Source: Nemertoderma westbladi (lineage: Eukaryota > Animalia > Xenacoelomorpha). From it: a DNA stretch of 64,000 nucleotides. Of this stretch, positions 24,901-39,200 are shown piece after piece. Position 1 is the stretch's first letter. The number at the start of each line of letters is the position of its first letter. The position numbers were made by a program, and so were the translations under genes. Under the pieces are notes generated by a model, which searched no databases, had not been told where the DNA came from, and saw nothing but the letters and a program-made list of their open reading frames with translations. The stretch is taken from positions 81,326 through 145,325 of the forward strand of contig JAUCBJ010006774.1 in NCBI GenBank assembly GCA_032718475.1. The letters run 5' to 3'.

Positions 24901-27900
24901 CGAAATGTATGTGTGGGCGCTGCTCCTATCTGCTACCGGAATGTATGTGTGGGCGCTGCTCCTATCTGCTACCAGAATGTATGTGTGGGCACTGCTCCTA
25001 TCTACTACCCGAATGTATGTGTGGGTGCTGCTCCTATTTGCTATCGGAATGTAGGTGTGGGCGCTGCTTCTATCTGTAACCGGAATGTATGTGTGGGCGT
25101 TGCTCCTATCTGCAACCGGAATGTATGTGTGGGCGTTGCTCCTATCTGTAACCGGAATGTATGTGTGGGCGCTGCTCCTATCTGCTACTGGAATGTATGT
25201 GTGGGCGCTGCTCCTATCTGCTACCGAAATGTATGTGTGGGCGCTGCTCCTATCTGCTACCGGGAATGTATGTGTGGGCGCTGCTTCTATCTGTAACCGG
25301 AATGTATGTGTGGGCGTTGCTCCTATCTGCTACCAGAATGTATGTGTGGGCGCTGCTCCTATCTGCTACTGGAATGTATGTGTGGGCGCTGCTCCTATCT
25401 GCTACCGAAATGTATGTGTGGGCGCTGCTCCTATCTGCTACCGGAATGTATGTGTGGGCGCTGCTCCTATCTGCTACCGGGAATGTATGTGTGGGCGCTG
25501 CTCCTATCTGCTACCGGAATGTATGTGTGGGCACTGCTCCTATCTGCTACCGGAATGTAGGTGTGGGCGCTGCTCCTATTTGCTACCGGAATGTAGGTGT
25601 GGGCGCTGCTCCTATTTGCTACCAGAATGTATGTGTGGGTGCTGCTCCTATCTGCTACCGGGAATGTATGTGTGGGCGCTGCTCCTATCTGCTACCGGAA
25701 TGTATGTGTGGGCGTTGCTCCTATCTGCAACCGGAATGTATGTGTGGGCGCTGCTCCTATCTGCTACCGGAATGTAGGTGTGGGCGCTGCTCCTATTTGC
25801 TACCAGAATGTATGTGTGGGTGCTGCTCCTATCTGCTACCGGGAATGTATGTGTGGGCGCTGCTCCTATCTGCTACCAGAATGTATGTGTGGGCGCTGCT
25901 CCTATCTGTAACCGGAATGTATGTGTGGGCGCTGCTCCTATCTGCTACCAGAATGTATGTGTGGGCGCTGCTCCTATCTGCTACCGGAATGTATGTGTGG
26001 GTGCTGCTTCTATCTGCTACCGGAATGTATGTGTGGGCGCTGCTCCTATCTGCTACCGGAATGTATGTGTGGGCGCTGCTCCTATCTGCTACCGGAATGT
26101 ATGTGTGGGCGCTGCTCCTATCTGCTACCGGAATGTACCTATGTGTGGGCGCTGCTCCTATCTGCTACCGGAATGTATGTGTGGGTGCTGCTCCTATCTG
26201 CTACCGGAATGTATGTGTGGGCGCTGCTCCTATCTGCTACCGGAATGTACCTATGTGTGGGCGCTGCTCCTATCTGCTACCGGAATGTATGTGTGGGCGT
26301 TGCTCCTATCTGCAACCGGAATGTATGTGTGGGCGCTGCTCCTATCTGCTACCAGAATGTATGTGTGGGCGCTGCTCCTATCTGTAACCGGAATGTATGT
26401 GTGGGCGCTGCTCCTATCTGCTACCGGAATGTATGTGTGGGCGCTGCTCCTATCTGCTACCGGAATGTAGGTGTGGGCGCTGCTCCTATCTGCTACCAGA
26501 ATGTATGTGTGGGCGCTGCTCCTATCTGCTACCGGAATGTATGTGTGGACGCTGCTCCTATCTGTTACCGGAATGTACCTATGTGTGGGCGCTGCTCCTA
26601 TTTGCTACCGGAATGTAGGTGTGGGCGGTGCTCCTATCTGCTACCAGAATGTATGTGTGGGCACTGCTCCTATCTGCTACCGGAATGTAGGTGTGGGCGG
26701 TGCTCCTATCTGCTACCAGAATGTATGTGTGGGCGCTGCTCCTATCTGCTACCAGAATGTATGTGTGGGCGCTGCTCCTATCTGCTACCGGAATGTAGGT
26801 GTGGGCACTGCTCCTATCTGCTACCGGAATGTATGTGTGGACGCTGCTCCTATCTGTTACCGGAATGTACCTATGTGTGGGCGCTGCTCCTATTTGCTAC
26901 CGGAATGTAGGTGTGGGCGGTGCTCCTATCTGCTACCAGAATGTATGTGTGGGCACTGCTCCTATCTGCTACCGGAATGTAGGTGTGGGCGGTGCTCCTA
27001 TCTGCTACCAGAATGTATGTGTGGGCGCTGCTCCTATCTGCTACCGGAATGTAGGTGTGTGCGCTGCTCCTATTTGCTACCAGAATGTAGGTGTGGGCGG
27101 TGCTCCTATCTGTAACCGGAATGTATGTGTGGGCGCTGCTCCTATCTGCTACCGGAATGTATGTGTGGGCGCTGCTCCTATCTGGTACCAGAATGTATGT
27201 GTGGGCGCTGCTCCTATCTGCTACCAGAATGTAGGTGTGGGCGCTGCTCCTATCTGTTACCGGAATGTACCTATGTGTGGGCGCTGCTCCTATCTGCTAC
27301 CGGAATGTATGTGTGGGCGCTGCTCCTATCTGCTACCGGAATGTATGTGTGGACGCTGCTCCTATCTGTTACCGGAATGTACCTATGTGTGGGCGCTGCT
27401 CCTATTTGCTACCGGAATGTAGGTGTGGGCGGTGCTCCTATCTGCTACCAGAATGTATGTGTGGGCACTGCTCCTATCTGCTACCGGAATGTAGGTGTGG
27501 GCGCTGCTCCTATCTGGTACCAGAATGTATGTGTGGGCGCTGCTCCTATCTGCTACCAGAATGTAGGTGTGGGCGCTGCTCCTATCTGCTACCGGAATGT
27601 ATGTGTGGACGCTGCTCCTATCTGTTACCGGAATGTACCTATGTGTGGGCGCTGCTCCTATTTGCTACCGGAATGTAGGTGTGGGCGGTGCTCCTATCTG
27701 CTACCAGAATGTATGTGTGGGCACTGCTCCTATCTGCTACCGGAATGTAGGTGTGGGCGCTGCTCCTATCTGGTACCAGAATGTATGTGTGGGCGCTGCT
27801 CCTATCTGCTACCAGAATGTAGGTGTGGGCGCTGCTCCTATCTGCTACCGGAATGTATGTGTGGGCGCTGCTCCTATCTGCTACCAGAATGTAGGTGTGG

Positions 27901-30900
27901 GCGCTGCTCCTATCTGCTACCGGAATGTATGTGTGGGCGCTGCTCCTATCTGCTACCGGAATGTATGTGTGGGCGCTGCTCCTATCTGGTACCAGAATGT
28001 ATGTGTGGGCGCTGCTCCTATCTGCTACCAGAATGTAGGTGTGGGCGCTGCTCCTATCTGCTACCGGAATGAATGTGTGGACGCTGCTCCTATCTGTTAC
28101 CGGAATGTACCTATGTGTGGGCGCTGCTCCTATTTGCTACCGGAATGTAGGTGTGGGCGGTGCTCCTATCTGCTACCAGAATGTATGTGTGGGCACTGCT
28201 CCTATCTGCTACCGGAATGTAGGTGTGGGCGGTGCTCCTATCTGCTACCAGAATGTATGTGTGGGCGCTGCTCCTATCTGCTACCAGAATGTATGTGTGG
28301 GCGCTGCTCCTATCTACTACCAGAATGTATGTGTGGGCGCTGCTCCTATCTACTACCGGAATGTACCTATGTGTGGGCACTGCTCCTATCTACTACCGGA
28401 ATGTACCTATGTGTGGGCGCTGCTCCTATCTGCTACCAGAATGTATGTGTGGGTGCTGCTCCTATCTGTTACCGGAATGTATGTGTGGGTGCTGCTCCTA
28501 TCTGTTACCGGAATGTATGTGTGGGTGCTGCTCCTATCTGCTACCGGAATGTATGTGTGGGTGCTGCTCCTATCTGTTACCGGAATGTACCTATGTGTGG
28601 GCGCTGCTCCTATCTGCTACCAGAATGTATGTGTGGGCGCTGCTCCTATCTGCTACCAGAATGTATGTGTGGGCGCTGCTCCTATCTGCTACCAGAATGT
28701 ATGTGTGGGCGCTGCTCCTATCTGCTACCGGAATGTATGTGTGGGCGCTGCTCCTATCTGCTACCGGAATGTAGGTGTGGGCGCTGCTCCTATCTGCTAC
28801 CAGAATGTATGTGTGGGCGCTGCTCCTATCTGCTACCAGAATGTATGTGTGGGCGCTGCTCCTATCTGCTACCAGAATGTATGTGTGGGCGCTGCTCCTA
28901 TTTGCTACCAGAATGTATGTGTGGACGCTGCTCCTATCTGCTACCAGAATGTATGTGTGGGCGCTGCTCCTATCTGCTACCGGAATGTAGGTGTGGGCGC
29001 TGCTCCTATCTGCTACCGGAATGTAGGTGTGGGCGCTGCTCCTATCTGCTACCACAATGTATGTGTGGGCGCTGCTCCTATCTGCTACCAGAATGTATGT
29101 GTGGGCGCTGCTCCTATCTGCTACCGGAATGTATGTGTGGGCGCTGCTCCTATCTGCTACCAGAATGTATGTGTGGGCGCTGCTCCTATCTGCTACCAGA
29201 ATGTATGTGTGGGCGCTGCTCCTATCTGCTACCAGAATGTATGTGTGGGCGCTGCTCCTATCTGCTACCGGGAATGTATGTGTGGGCGCTGCTCCTATCT
29301 GCTACCGGAGTGTATGTGTGGGCGCTGCTCCTATCTGCTACCGGAGTGTATGTGTGGGCGCTGCTCCTATCTGCTACCAGAATGTATGTGTGGGCGCTGC
29401 TCCTATCTGCTACCGGGAATGTATGTGTGGGCGCTGCTCCTATCTGCTACCGGAATGTATGTGTGGGCGCTGCTCCTATCTGCTACCAGAATGTATGTGT
29501 GGGCGCTGCTCCTATCTGCTACCGGGAATGTATGTGTGGGCGCTGCTCCTATCTACTACCGGAGTGTATGTGTGGGCGCTGCTCCTATCTGCTACCGGAG
29601 TGTATGTGTGGGCGCTGCTCCTATCTGCTACCAGAATGTATGTGTGGGCGCTGCTCCTATCTGTAACCGGAATGTATGTGTGGGCGCTGCTCCTATCTGC
29701 TACCAGAATGTATGTGTGGGCGCTGCTCCTATCTGCTACCAGAATGTATGTGTGGGCGCTGCTCCTATCTGCTACCGGAATGTATGTGTGGGTGCTGCTT
29801 CTATCTACTACCGGAGCGTATGTGTGGGCGCTGCTCCTATCTGCTACCGGAATGTATGTGTGGGCGCTGCTCCTATCTGCTACCGAAATGTATGTGTGGG
29901 CGCTGCTCCTATCTGCTACCGGAATGTATGTGTGGGCGCTGCTCCTATCTGTTACCAGAATGTATGTGTGGGCGCTGCTCCTATCTGCTACCGGAATGTA
30001 TGTGTGGGCGCTGCTCCTATCTGCTACCGAAATGTATGTGTGGGCGCTGCTCCTATCTGCTACCGGAATGTATGTGTGGGCGCTGCTCCTATCTGCTACC
30101 GAAATGTATGTGTGGGCGCTGCTCCTATCTGCTACCGGAATGTATGTGTGGGCGCTGCTCCTATCTGCTACCAGAATGTATGTGTGGGCGCTGCTCCTAT
30201 CTGTAACCGGAATGTATGTGTGGACGCTGCTCCTATCTGCTACCGGAATGTATGTGTGGGCGCTGCTCCTATCTGCTACCGGAATGTAGGTGTGGGCGCT
30301 GCTCCTATCTGCTACCAGAATGTATGTGTGGGCGCTGCTCCTATCTGCTACCGGAATGTATGTGTGGGCGCTGCTCCTATCTGCTACCGGAATGTATGTG
30401 TGGGCGCTGCTCCTATCTGCTACCAGAATGTATGTGTGGGCGCTGCTCCTATCTGCTACCGGAATGTATGTGTGGGCGCTGCTCCTATCTGCTACCGGAA
30501 TGTATGTGTGGGCGCTGCTCCTATCTGCTACCGGAATGTATGTGTGGGCGCTGCTCCTATCTGCTACCAGAATGTATGTGTGGGCGCTGCTCCTATCTGC
30601 TACCGGAATGTATGTGTGGGCGCTGCTCCTATCTGCTACCGGAATGTATGTGTGGGCGCTGCTCCTATCTGTAACCGGAATGTATGTGTGGGCGCTGCTC
30701 CTATCTGCTACCAGAATGTATGTGTGGGCGCTGCTCCTATCTGCTACCGGAATGTATGTGTGGGCGCTGCTCCTATCTGCTACCGGAATGTATGTGTGGG
30801 CGCTGCTCCTATCTGTAACCGGAATGTATGTGTGGACGCTGCTCCTATCTGCTACCGGAATGTATGTGTGGGCGCTGCTCCTATCTGCTACCGGAATGTA

Positions 30901-33354
30901 TGTGTGGGCGCTGCTCCTATCTGCTACCGGAATGTATGTGTGGGCGCTGCTCCTATCTGCTACCGAAATGTATGTGTGGGCGCTGCTCCTATCTGCTACC
31001 GGAATGTATGTGTGGGCGCTGCTCCTATCTGCTACCGAAATGTATGTGTGGGCGCTGCTCCTATCTGCTACCGGAATGTATGTGTGGGCGCTGCTCCTAT
31101 CTGTAACCGGAATGTATGTGTGGACGCTGCTCCTATCTGCTACCGGAATGTATGTGTGGGCGCTGCTCCTATCTGCTACCGGAATGTATGTGTGGGCGCT
31201 GCTCCTATCTGTAACCGGAATGTATGTGTGGACGCTGCTCCTATCTGCTACCGGAATGTATGTGTGGGCGCTGCTCCTATCTGTAACCGGAATGTATGTG
31301 TGGACGCTGCTCCTATCTGCTACCGGAATGTATGTGTGGGCGCTGCTCCTATCTGCTACCGGAATGTATGTGTGGGCGCTGCTCCTATCTGCTACCGGAA
31401 TGTATGTGTGGGCGCTGCTCCTATCTGTAACCGGAATGTATGTGTGGACGCTGCTCCTATCTGCTACCGGAATGTATGTGTGGGCGCTGCTCCTATCTGT
31501 AACCGGAATGTATGTGTGGACGCTGCTCCTATCTGCTACCGGAATGTATGTGTGGGCGCTGCTCCTATCTGCTACCGGAATGTATGTGTGGGCGCTGCTC
31601 CTATCTGTAACCGGAATGTATGTGTGGACGCTGCTCCTATCTGCTACCGGAATGTATGTGTGGGCGCTGCTCCTATCTGCTACCGGAATGTATGTGTGGG
31701 CGCTGCTCCTATCTGCTACCGGAATGTATGTGTGGGCGCTGCTCCTATCTGCTACCGAAATGTATGTGTGGGCGCTGCTCCTATCTGCTACCGGAATGTA
31801 TGTGTGGGCGCTGCTCCTATCTGCTACCGAAATGTATGTGTGGGCGCTGCTCCTATCTGCTACCGGAATGTATGTGTGGGCGCTGCTCCTATCTGCTACC
31901 AGAATGTATGTGTGGACGCTGCTCCTATCTGTAACCGGAATGTATGTGTGGACGCTGCTCCTATCTGCTACCGGGAATGTATGTGTGGGCACTGCTCCTA
32001 TCTGCTACCGGAGTGTATGTGTGGGCGCTGCTCCTATCTGCTACCAGAATGTATGTGTGGGCGTTGCTCCTATCTGCTACCAGAATGTATGTGTGGGCAC
32101 TGTTCCTATCTGCTACCAGAATGTATGTGTGGGCGCTGCTCCTATCTGCAACCGGAATGTATGTGTGGGCGCTGCTCCTATCTGCTACCAGAATGTATGT
32201 GTGGGTGCTGCTCCTATCTGTTACCAGAATGTATGTGTGGGCGCTGCTCCTATCTGCTACCGGAATGTATGTGTGGGCGCTGCTCCTATCTGCTACCGAA
32301 ATGTATGTGTGGGCGCTGCTCCTATCTGCTACCGGAATGTATGTGTGGGCGCTGCTCCTATCTGTTACCAGAATGTATGTGTGGGCGCTGCTCCTATCTG
32401 CTACCAGAATGTATGTGTGGGCGCTGCTCCTATCTGCTACCGAAATGTATGTGTGGGCGCTGCTCCTATCTGCTACCGGAATGTATGTGTGGGCGCTGCT
32501 CCTATCTGCTACCAGAATGTATGTGTGGGCGCTGCTCCTATCTGCTACCGGAATGTATGTGTGGGCGCTGCTCCTATCTGCTACCGGAGTGTATGTGTGG
32601 GCGCTGCTCCTATCTGTAACCGGCATGTATGTGTCGGCGCTGCTCCTATCTGTTACCGGAATGTTTGTGTGGGCGCTGCCCCTATCTGCTACCGGAGTGT
32701 ATGTGTGGGCGCTGCTCCTATCTGCTACCGGAATGTATGTGTGGGCGCTGCTCCTATCTGCTACCGAAATGTATGTGTGGGCGCTGCTCCTATCTGCTAC
32801 CGGAATGTATGTGTGGGTGCTGCTCCTATCTGCTACCGGAATGTATGTGTGGGCGCTGTTCCTATCTGCTACCAGAATGTATGTGTGGGCGCTGCTCCTA
32901 TCTGTTACCGGAATGTTTGTGTGGGCACTGCCCCTATCTGCTACCGGAGTGTATGTGTGGGCGCTGCTCCTATCTGCTACCAGAATGTATGTGTGGGCGC
33001 TGCTCCTATCTGCTACCGGAATGTATGTGTGGGTGCTGCTCCTATCTGGTACCGGAATGTATGTATGGGCACTGCTCCTATCTGTTACCAGAATATATGT
33101 GTGGGCGCTGCTCCTATCTGTAACCGGAATGTATGTGTGGGCGCTACTCCTATCTGTTACCATAATGTATGTGTGGGCGCTGCTCCTATCTGTTACCGGA
33201 ATGTATGTGTGGGCACTGCTCCTATCTACTATCGGAGTGTATGTGTGGGCGCTGCTCCTATCTGCTACCGGAGTGTATGTGTGGGTGCTGCTCATGTCTG
33301 CTACCAGAATGTATGTGTGGGTGCTGCTCCTGTCTGCTACCGGAATGTATGTGT
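21930..33354. repeat. 36-bp minisatellite, ~315 copies, with 40- and 37-bp variants and local higher-order blocks
   Basis: Consensus GAATGTATGTGTGGGCGCTGCTCCTATCTGCTACCG. The 40-bp variant carries a CCTA insertion and the 37-bp variant an extra G. Confidence 0.99.
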
Positions 33355-34225
33355 CGATTTTGTTGATGGAGGTCAAACATGCCAATTCTTCCAACACGTG
33401 GGGACATTTGGCAGAGAGGACAGGGATATTTGGCATCCTTCTTTAAACGCCCTGTTCTATATACATTTACAGACTAATTTGCATATTTATTATTACTAAT
33501 AATATTAATATTATTATTACATATTTATCCTATATCGTATAGTAACTATCAGCTGACAAGCTCTATTTACATTATGTTAATATTCTCTAAGTTTAACTTC
33601 AAGATTTACTCTTTGCGTAATTCGGAATTCCCTGGGCCATTGATGGTTCCTTTCCGTTGTTGTTTGCTGGAGGGTAGGGGTAGTATGTGGGGAGTGTTCA
33701 AGGGGTGGTATATGGGAAGTGGTCATATGTTCAATTGGATTCTTATTAAATTCGTAGCATAGAATAAAAAATTTAGGACGGGGGGGTGGGGGGGGGGGTG
33801 GGGGTGTTCACCTAGATTCTCATTAAATTCGTAGCATAGAATAACGAATTTAGTATGGATTAGACTAAAAAAGTTGAGGCTAATGCAAAATAACTAAAAT
33901 GTTTACAATAATGATAATAATATTCAAGTAGAACTATAGCAATTAAACAATGCAGTGCAATACTGTAATAAGAGACTCATTGAAATATAAAAAAATTCAG
34001 TGCACTAATAAGAGACTCATTGAAACCTTATCCCACCCAACCTGGTACTCCGGTACCGGTAGCTGTAGGCCTACCAGTTTGACACTTTGAGAAATTTTTT
34101 AGGCAGTTTGAAGTTAGGTTTTACAGCAATAATTCGTTTGAGGGAGTATTTAAGTACAAGTAGTCTAGGCAAGAGTGGTGACCCCAAATGAGGCTCTTAT
34201 ATCAAAGTAATTTTTAGAAAACCGA

Positions 34226-34807
34226 ATACCTTCGAATACGTAAGGGAAAGGCATGGGCAGCCTTGAATAGGCTTTCCAGGATTTGGAAGTCACCAAGAAT
34301 TAATCGAAACTTAAGGTCCGGTTATTTAGAGCAGCAGTAGTTCCAGTACTCCTCTATGGGAGTCCATGCTGGGCTCTAACTGCTGAGGACACCAAATCTC
34401 TGGACGGCACATTCACAAGAATGCTACGCCGGGTTCATTGTGTCAAGTTCAATGCACACATCTCCAACCAGACACTATATAACATTGGAGATGTCTCATT
34501 GGTTCCCCCAAGCTTGACACTAGAACAAAATCGCCTCCGCTTTGCAGGACATTGCTTTCGCCGTGAGGACCAGCCAGTGCATAATCTTGTACTTTGGCAC
34601 CCTCATGGAGTGAATAAGCATGGTGGACAGCCCATGACTTTCTTGAGACGCATCTTAAAGGACACTGGCCTTGAAGATGCGGATGATCTAGCAAATGTCA
34701 TGGGTGATAGGGAGTTGTGGCGGTGCAATTTTGTCGATAAGCCGGCACAGCATTCTTAAAAATGCAGCTGCAATGCAGCATGCCGATCCTAGTAGTAGTA
34801 GAAGTAG
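34226..34807 (+). mobile_element. 5'-truncated RTE-clade LINE copy with (TAG)n tail
   Basis: Encodes LRIRKGKAWAALNRLSRIWK...VPVLLYG...RLRFAGHCFR (RTE C-terminus, frameshifted). Tail TAGTAGTAG. 11-bp TSD TAGAAAACCGA (34215-25 / 34808-18). Confidence 0.92.
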
Positions 34808-35579
34808 TAGAAAACCGAGAAGTCAGAAAATGTTGGTGAGGCCTACTGGTACACCACAATAATAAATCAATAATTAACCAGTGTAATGATCAAGCTGTCA
34901 GCCAATTACTGAACAGCGAACAGTACCTGAAGTAGCTAAATTCAAAAAAACAACTGGTGGTGACTGGTGAGGCATTCAGGTTTCTGGGCTACTTCTACTT
35001 CAGCACTTAGGCTTAGGGGTACCGGTAACTACTGCAGTACTGAGTACTGCACTGCAGTGAAAAGGCAGTATATCTAGACACCAATAGGCTACTGGCAGAC
35101 TATAATGATTACTTTGAAATGCCAAATATCCCTAGCACACAAATGCCAATTGTCCCAACCTGGGGAATTTTAAAAATAAATATACAAGATTATTTTAAAG
35201 ACATATTCTGTCAACTTTAACATAATACCAAATAGCTGACGATCATTTTCATGAGATTTTCATTTTCATTTTCATCATTTCCAAAAGTACCAGTGATGGT
35301 ACTTATGAAAGGGGGTTTCCTGGAATACAAAAAATAAAAAATTATAGTTTTGACCGGAAAATTACAAAATGTTATCCAGAGAATCGCCAGTTGCATTAAA
35401 TTAAATAATTTTTTCAGTTTCCATATTCAGATATAGTATTATAAGTTGAGTAAAAAAGTTGCTTCAATCCACATTCAGGAAGTCACTCAAAAGGCAGGCA
35501 TGCCAAATCTCCCCACGTGCCAAATCTCCCTGGTCTCCCCTGGTAATTGACGGGACAAATAATAACTCGAGAAGTAAAA

Positions 35580-35706
35580 GAGATCTCGCTAAGCCATTTT
35601 TAGCTTGGCAATCCCCATGGTTATGACGGCGCATTTTGTCGACAAGCCGGCACAGCATATATATTTATATAATGCAGCTGCAATGTAGCATGCCAATAGT
35701 AGTAGT
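35580..35706 (+). mobile_element. Short diverged RTE-related 3' end (old subfamily or RTE-tailed SINE)
   Basis: TTTTGTCGACAAGCCGGCACAGCAT...AATGCAGCTGCAATG.AGCATGCC + (TAG)n matches the RTE 3' end. Candidate TSD AGTAAAA (35573-79 / 35707-13). Confidence 0.7.
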
Positions 35707-35908
35707 AGTAAAACTTTCTTTCAACTCTTTCAACTCTTTCAACTTTCTTTCAATTGAGCTACCCCGTCTACTGCCATTAAAAATTGACTAGCTAAGGTAT
35801 ATTTCAAACATCGATTCTCCCCCCTAAATCGACTTCCAAGTTTTATGTTACAACAAATTATTTTGTTTTTAAATTTTTTTGTTAAAACACATAACATTTC
35901 TGTAAAAA

Positions 35909-36025
35909 ATGCTTAAATTGTTGGTATTTGCAACATTTGTTGTAGTTGGATTCAGTTTGCGTTGCAAACGTACAATGTCGGATGGAGATATCAAAGATAG
36001 AGGAGATCTTTGCGATTTTTGCTGG
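35909..36025 (+). CDS. Coding exon 1 of a small secreted Cys-rich (Ly6/uPAR three-finger-like) protein
   Basis: AAAA-ATG context. MLKLLVFATFVVVGFS (signal-peptide-like) is followed by LRCKRTMSDGDIKDRGDLCDFCW. Phase-0 donor TGG|GTATGT at 36025/36026. Confidence 0.78.
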
Positions 36026-36289
36026 GTATGTACAGTACCATGTCTTTTGCATGAAACGTTACACATACTGTAGGTAGATGCCACAACAAAAGAGTGAGCC
36101 CAATATACCAAAATAATTTCCTAGTTTAACTTTGATAGGTCGGAATTATTGTTCGGGTCGGAAATCTCCTAGTCTATATGTTAAACGAACATGTTAATTT
36201 ATATTTGGTCAAAATCCCATATTCTGTATATTAAAGCAATAATAATACTTTAGGCACTAAATGTATACATAGAACATAGCACTAAGTTT

Positions 36290-39200
36290 CCTTCGTACCC
36301 ATTGAGGCAGCGTCTTTAACAAAAAATCATGGAAAAAGCAATCCAGGTTATGCCAAATGGGAGGACTTCATCATCTACAGGCAGATACAACGGCAGGTCT
36401 AATATCACCAGAATCTAGCTCAACTGACATGCACTGTAAAACTGAGCGATTAGATATGTCAACAAATGATGTTATCTATAGGAAAGAATATCTTGCAACA
36501 AAGGATGCATTGCCATTAACTCAACTTAGAATATCCACATATAACTGCCGCGGGTTCAACGGAAATGCTCCATACATAACTGATCTACTGGAAGATTGTG
36601 ATGTTTTAGGAATTCAAGAACACTGGTTAGATGCACAGGAATGTGAACTTTTTCTCAGAAATCTGCACATCGAGTTTGAAGTTGAGTTTACAGTCAGCAA
36701 ACAAATGTCAAATCCACTCAGAAAAAGAGGAGTTGGTGGAACAGCACTTTTCTACCGCAAAAACATTTTCAATGTCATAAATAAGTTTGAATCTGGTGGT
36801 GATATAACTGGTATTGTGACGAATGTCAAATCTCTCAATGTCAATCCCATTGCCCTAATTGCAGGATATGCTCCAGACAGTGGTAAGGATGACCAAACAT
36901 TTAGCTCTTTCCTGGGGAGATTGGAGGCAACTTTGACGCATTTCAGTCATGCAACACCATTCATCATGATTGATGCTAATGCCGATATTGGCTCCAGTCA
37001 AGGACCACGGTGTAACCAACAACAACCAACAAAGCGTGGTAAAATGCTATTAAATTTTCTCACAGATAACAAACTTACAGCTGTTGATACCCTAGAATTA
37101 TGCAATGGCCCGTGTCATACATTCCAGGGCCATGGAAATTCTTATATTGACCATGTACTCACAAACCTCAATGGACTTCGACTCTGCACAGAAGGTCAGG
37201 TGTATGACCATGACGAACTCAGGAATGGATCAGACCACAGCCCAGTATCAATTAAACTATATCCTATTTTAGCTCCAGCAACCGAACCTAAAGAGGAAGC
37301 CATAAGCAACACCACAGTGAGAATGAAATGCACCAAGAAACAACTGTTACTTAATTGGAACAAAACATCGGCTGAAAATATATCCAAATATAAAATAGAG
37401 GTGAACACCAATCTCAAAGCACTCCAGGAAGAGTATGGCAATAACCCTATTACCTGGACAGAAAAAATAATGAATGTGTATCTAGAGAAAGTGACACACA
37501 CCATTCAGCAAGCAGCTTCAAAGTTTATCATGAAAATCACAATCAGAAAGAAAACCAAAAACCTTAGAATAATAAACAAGAAGCTCAACTCTCGGAGCAA
37601 AACAACAAAAGGTTTATATAAACAATGGTGCAGTAATGGAAAGTCACCTTATGACCCACTTGGGGAGGCCTTTAAAGAGTCCAAAAAGAATAGCCGTAGA
37701 CTCAGAAACTGGTTGGCAAACAAGCTGACAGCGGATCAGGTATTGAGGGCAACAAGCAACAAGAACACATCACCAAAAGACTATTGGAAATTCTTCAGCA
37801 CTAAAAAGAATAGTCCGAAAGCAGCAGATCCAACAACTGAGGAAAGGATAAAATCATATTTCTCAAAAAAATTTCGATGTGAAAATGATAACACAAATAC
37901 TCAAGACCTTCTCACTCTCAACAAAGACCTAGATGATGAATGTGATGGCTCTTGTACCCCGGTGATCTCAGAATTGTGGGTAAAATGCGCGATCTTTTCT
38001 CTGAATCGAGGGAAGGCACCAGATTTTGACACATTGACTGTCGAACACCTTTTAAATCTTGATCCAATAGTAATTTCGGTATGCTTAAGGAATGTTATTC
38101 AAGCTGCCCTCCTGCTAGGAAAAGTTCCCACCTCTTTTGGTAGAACATTATTAAACACCATACACAAAGGCTCAAGAAAGGATCCTTACTGCCCAAAATC
38201 ATTCAGGCCTGTGTCAACAATTAGTATCTTTGCCAAAATTATGGAAGCGATAATCTTGAAACACTACCTAACCAACATTGCTCCAGCTGAACTCCAAACA
38301 GCTTACCGTAAGGGCTTGGGAACAGATATTGTGGTAGCAGCATTGCTTGAGTTAATCCACAACAATGAAAAGCAAAACCAAGGAACATATGTGTGTCAGA
38401 TGGACATACAGAGTGCCTTCGATGAGGTGAATCATTGCAAACTTTTCAACAAACTGAGACATAAAATCAACCCATATGTTTGTAGAATGTTGGTGCATTA
38501 CTACTCAAATAGCTATATGTTCATCAAGTTTGGTCAATGTATTGACACTGATGGGTTCAAGGTAACAATTGGAATACTTCAAGGTTCAATCCTCTCACCA
38601 CACCTCTTCAACTTCTTCCTAAGAGAAGTCTTCACAGACATGGAGAATATCAAACTTGGGTGCTTCATCAATAATCAATGGCTTGGCTGCCTTTCGTATG
38701 CAGATGACATACTCCTAATATCTACATTATCCAGTGAAATTGAAATGATGAGTGCACGCCTAAATGAGTCACTCAGAAAAATTGGACTTGGCATAGCCAC
38801 TGATAAAACAAAATGGACGTACTGCAAGCCCCCTAGAAGTAACAAGTATATACCATGCTTCCTTAACCTGATGGGTGATCTTGTTCCCTTTAGTAGGAGC
38901 ATAACATTTCTCGGCTATAAGGTATTTCATGAGCCCATTACAGCTTACCATGATGTTATCTGCAAAATCACGTTGCTATCGGAGATTTTCCACAGAAATG
39001 GTTGGACATCGCGTAAGCATGAGGTAAAGGACGTTAGAAAAATTTGGAACTCATGCGCATTACCTTCTCTACTCTATAATCTTACCTTCCAAATTGGCAC
39101 ACTTACTGATACTCAAGTGAAATCACTCGATGCTTACTACCGAAAACATCTGAGGGGACTACTATGCGTCGGCAACTACTTGAGTAACAGCACTGTAATA

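Noticed and set aside
21941-33499. Cys-rich, metallothionein/keratin-like ORFs (CGRCSYLLPECM etc.)
   Set aside because: All three + frames are open by chance in a 36-bp unit, and frequent 37/40-bp variants shift frame freely.
33398-35160. Inverted copies of GGGATATTTGGCAT / ATGCCAAATATCCC as TIRs of one element
   Set aside because: They look like ends of separate remnants, with no TSD to define a single element.
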